DNA of 33,690 nucleotides. Source: a virus. Taxonomy: Duplodnaviria; Caudoviricetes. Both the position numbers and the translations under genes were made by a program. Within the stretch, counting starts at the first letter, position 1; every line of letters begins with the position of its first letter. The DNA lies in IMG/VR virus record IMGVR_UViG_3300038829_000106, positions 1 to 33,690 of that record. One strand, given 5' to 3'. The notes under the pieces are model-generated. The model searched no databases, was not told where the DNA came from, and saw only the letters and a program-made list of their open reading frames with translations. Below, one piece after another: positions 32,917 to 33,690 of the stretch.

Positions 32917-33474
32917 ATGAGCCGCCAGGGATTCCAGGAAACTCTGATCTCATCCCAAGTCGACGGCACCGCGCTCACGGCGGCGGCCGCGGCGTCGTGC
33001 CTCCCGGGCGCCGCCAAGTTCGTGTTGCCGGCGAACTATTTTGAGATCGGCCGCCAGCTGCGCATCACGGCCTCAGGTCGAATCAGTTGCGCCGTCACCA
33101 CGCCGGGCACGGGCCGATTCGACGTGCGATTCGGGTCGGTCGTCGTGTTCGATTCGCTCGCGTTCAATTTGAACGTTGTTGCGAAAACCAGCGTCGGCTG
33201 GTGGCTCGAGATTCTCCTTACGTGTCGGGCGATCGGCGCGAGCACATCGGCCAACCTCATGGGGCAAGGCAAGTTCACGTCCGAGGCCAACGTGGGGGCT
33301 CCTGTTCCGGGCACGGGTGGATCCACAACGCAGATCCTACCTATCTCGACTGCGCCAGCGGTCGGCACTGGGTTCGACTCCACCGCATCGCAGGCCATCG
33401 ACCTCTATTGGACTCAAACCGTTGCCACGGGTTCGCTCACGCTACATCAGTATCTCGTCGAGTCGCTGAACTAA
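32917..33474 (+). CDS. Hypothetical virion protein (beta-rich)
   Basis: LPAN....GR.LRITASG.IS motif; packed in the tail operon. Confidence 0.6.
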   Translation: MSRQGFQETLISSQVDGTALTAAAAASCLPGAAKFVLPANYFEIGRQLRITASGRISCAVTTPGTGRFDVRFGSVVVFDSLAFNLNVVAKTSVGWWLEILLTCRAIGASTSANLMGQGKFTSEANVGAPVPGTGGSTTQILPISTAPAVGTGFDSTASQAIDLYWTQTVATGSLTLHQYLVESLN

Positions 33475-33483
33475 GGCGCGCCC

Positions 33484-33690
33484 ATGGCAACGCCTCTCAG
33501 CGTCCTGGGGACTCGGCTCAAAGTCGAGTTTACCGGGGAGGGCGGGAACTATTCTGGCGGCACGTGTACCGACGATATCGCCGGCGAGCTAGTAGGCCAG
33601 GACACATCCGCTAACCGCCCCACCGCGTCGACCACGCCGGCCGGCAACTTCGTATTCGAATACGACGGCGTCAACGACCAGTTAGTTGCG
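33484..33690 (+). CDS. 5' part of a tail fibre/receptor-binding protein (LamG-like), partial
   Basis: TAAGG RBS, ATG 33484, open to the window end; Q.T.ANRPT.......YDGVND motif typical of the start of LamG/ConA-like domains. Confidence 0.6.
   Translation, partial: MATPLSVLGTRLKVEFTGEGGNYSGGTCTDDIAGELVGQDTSANRPTASTTPAGNFVFEYDGVNDQLVA

Overview
The window is most of a high-GC temperate dsDNA phage genome with a podovirus (P22-like) virion gene set. It appears to be in the excised or circular configuration, because an intact attP (3' half of tRNA-His) has phage genes on both sides. Gene order: end of a repeat-containing tail gene; lysis cassette with a GH25 endolysin; a small autoregulated RHH cassette; a leftward early operon (Gly-X repeat peptide, DUF6948-like protein, Cas4-like nuclease, Bet recombinase, HTH); immunity region (lipoprotein, CI-like, Cro-like) with leaderless promoters and palindromic operators; antirepressor, xis, int and attP; replication module (initiator with iterons, DnaC-like ATPase, RusA-like); an inverted packaging operon; then portal, scaffold, capsid, adaptor, nozzle, ejection and tail accessory genes. 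The most unusual locus lies between terS and terL: a GNAT acetyltransferase, a 71-aa protein and a 69-nt non-canonical tRNA(CAT)-like RNA with a shrunken D-arm and C33. The last two are bracketed by a 29-bp duplication of the GNAT 3' end. Other oddities are a three-codon (GGG-X)39 repeat gene, an attP that splits the early operon from the replication genes, and an ejection protein with three S74-type SDxxxK cleavage motifs. All family calls come from motif recognition by eye; no database search was run.
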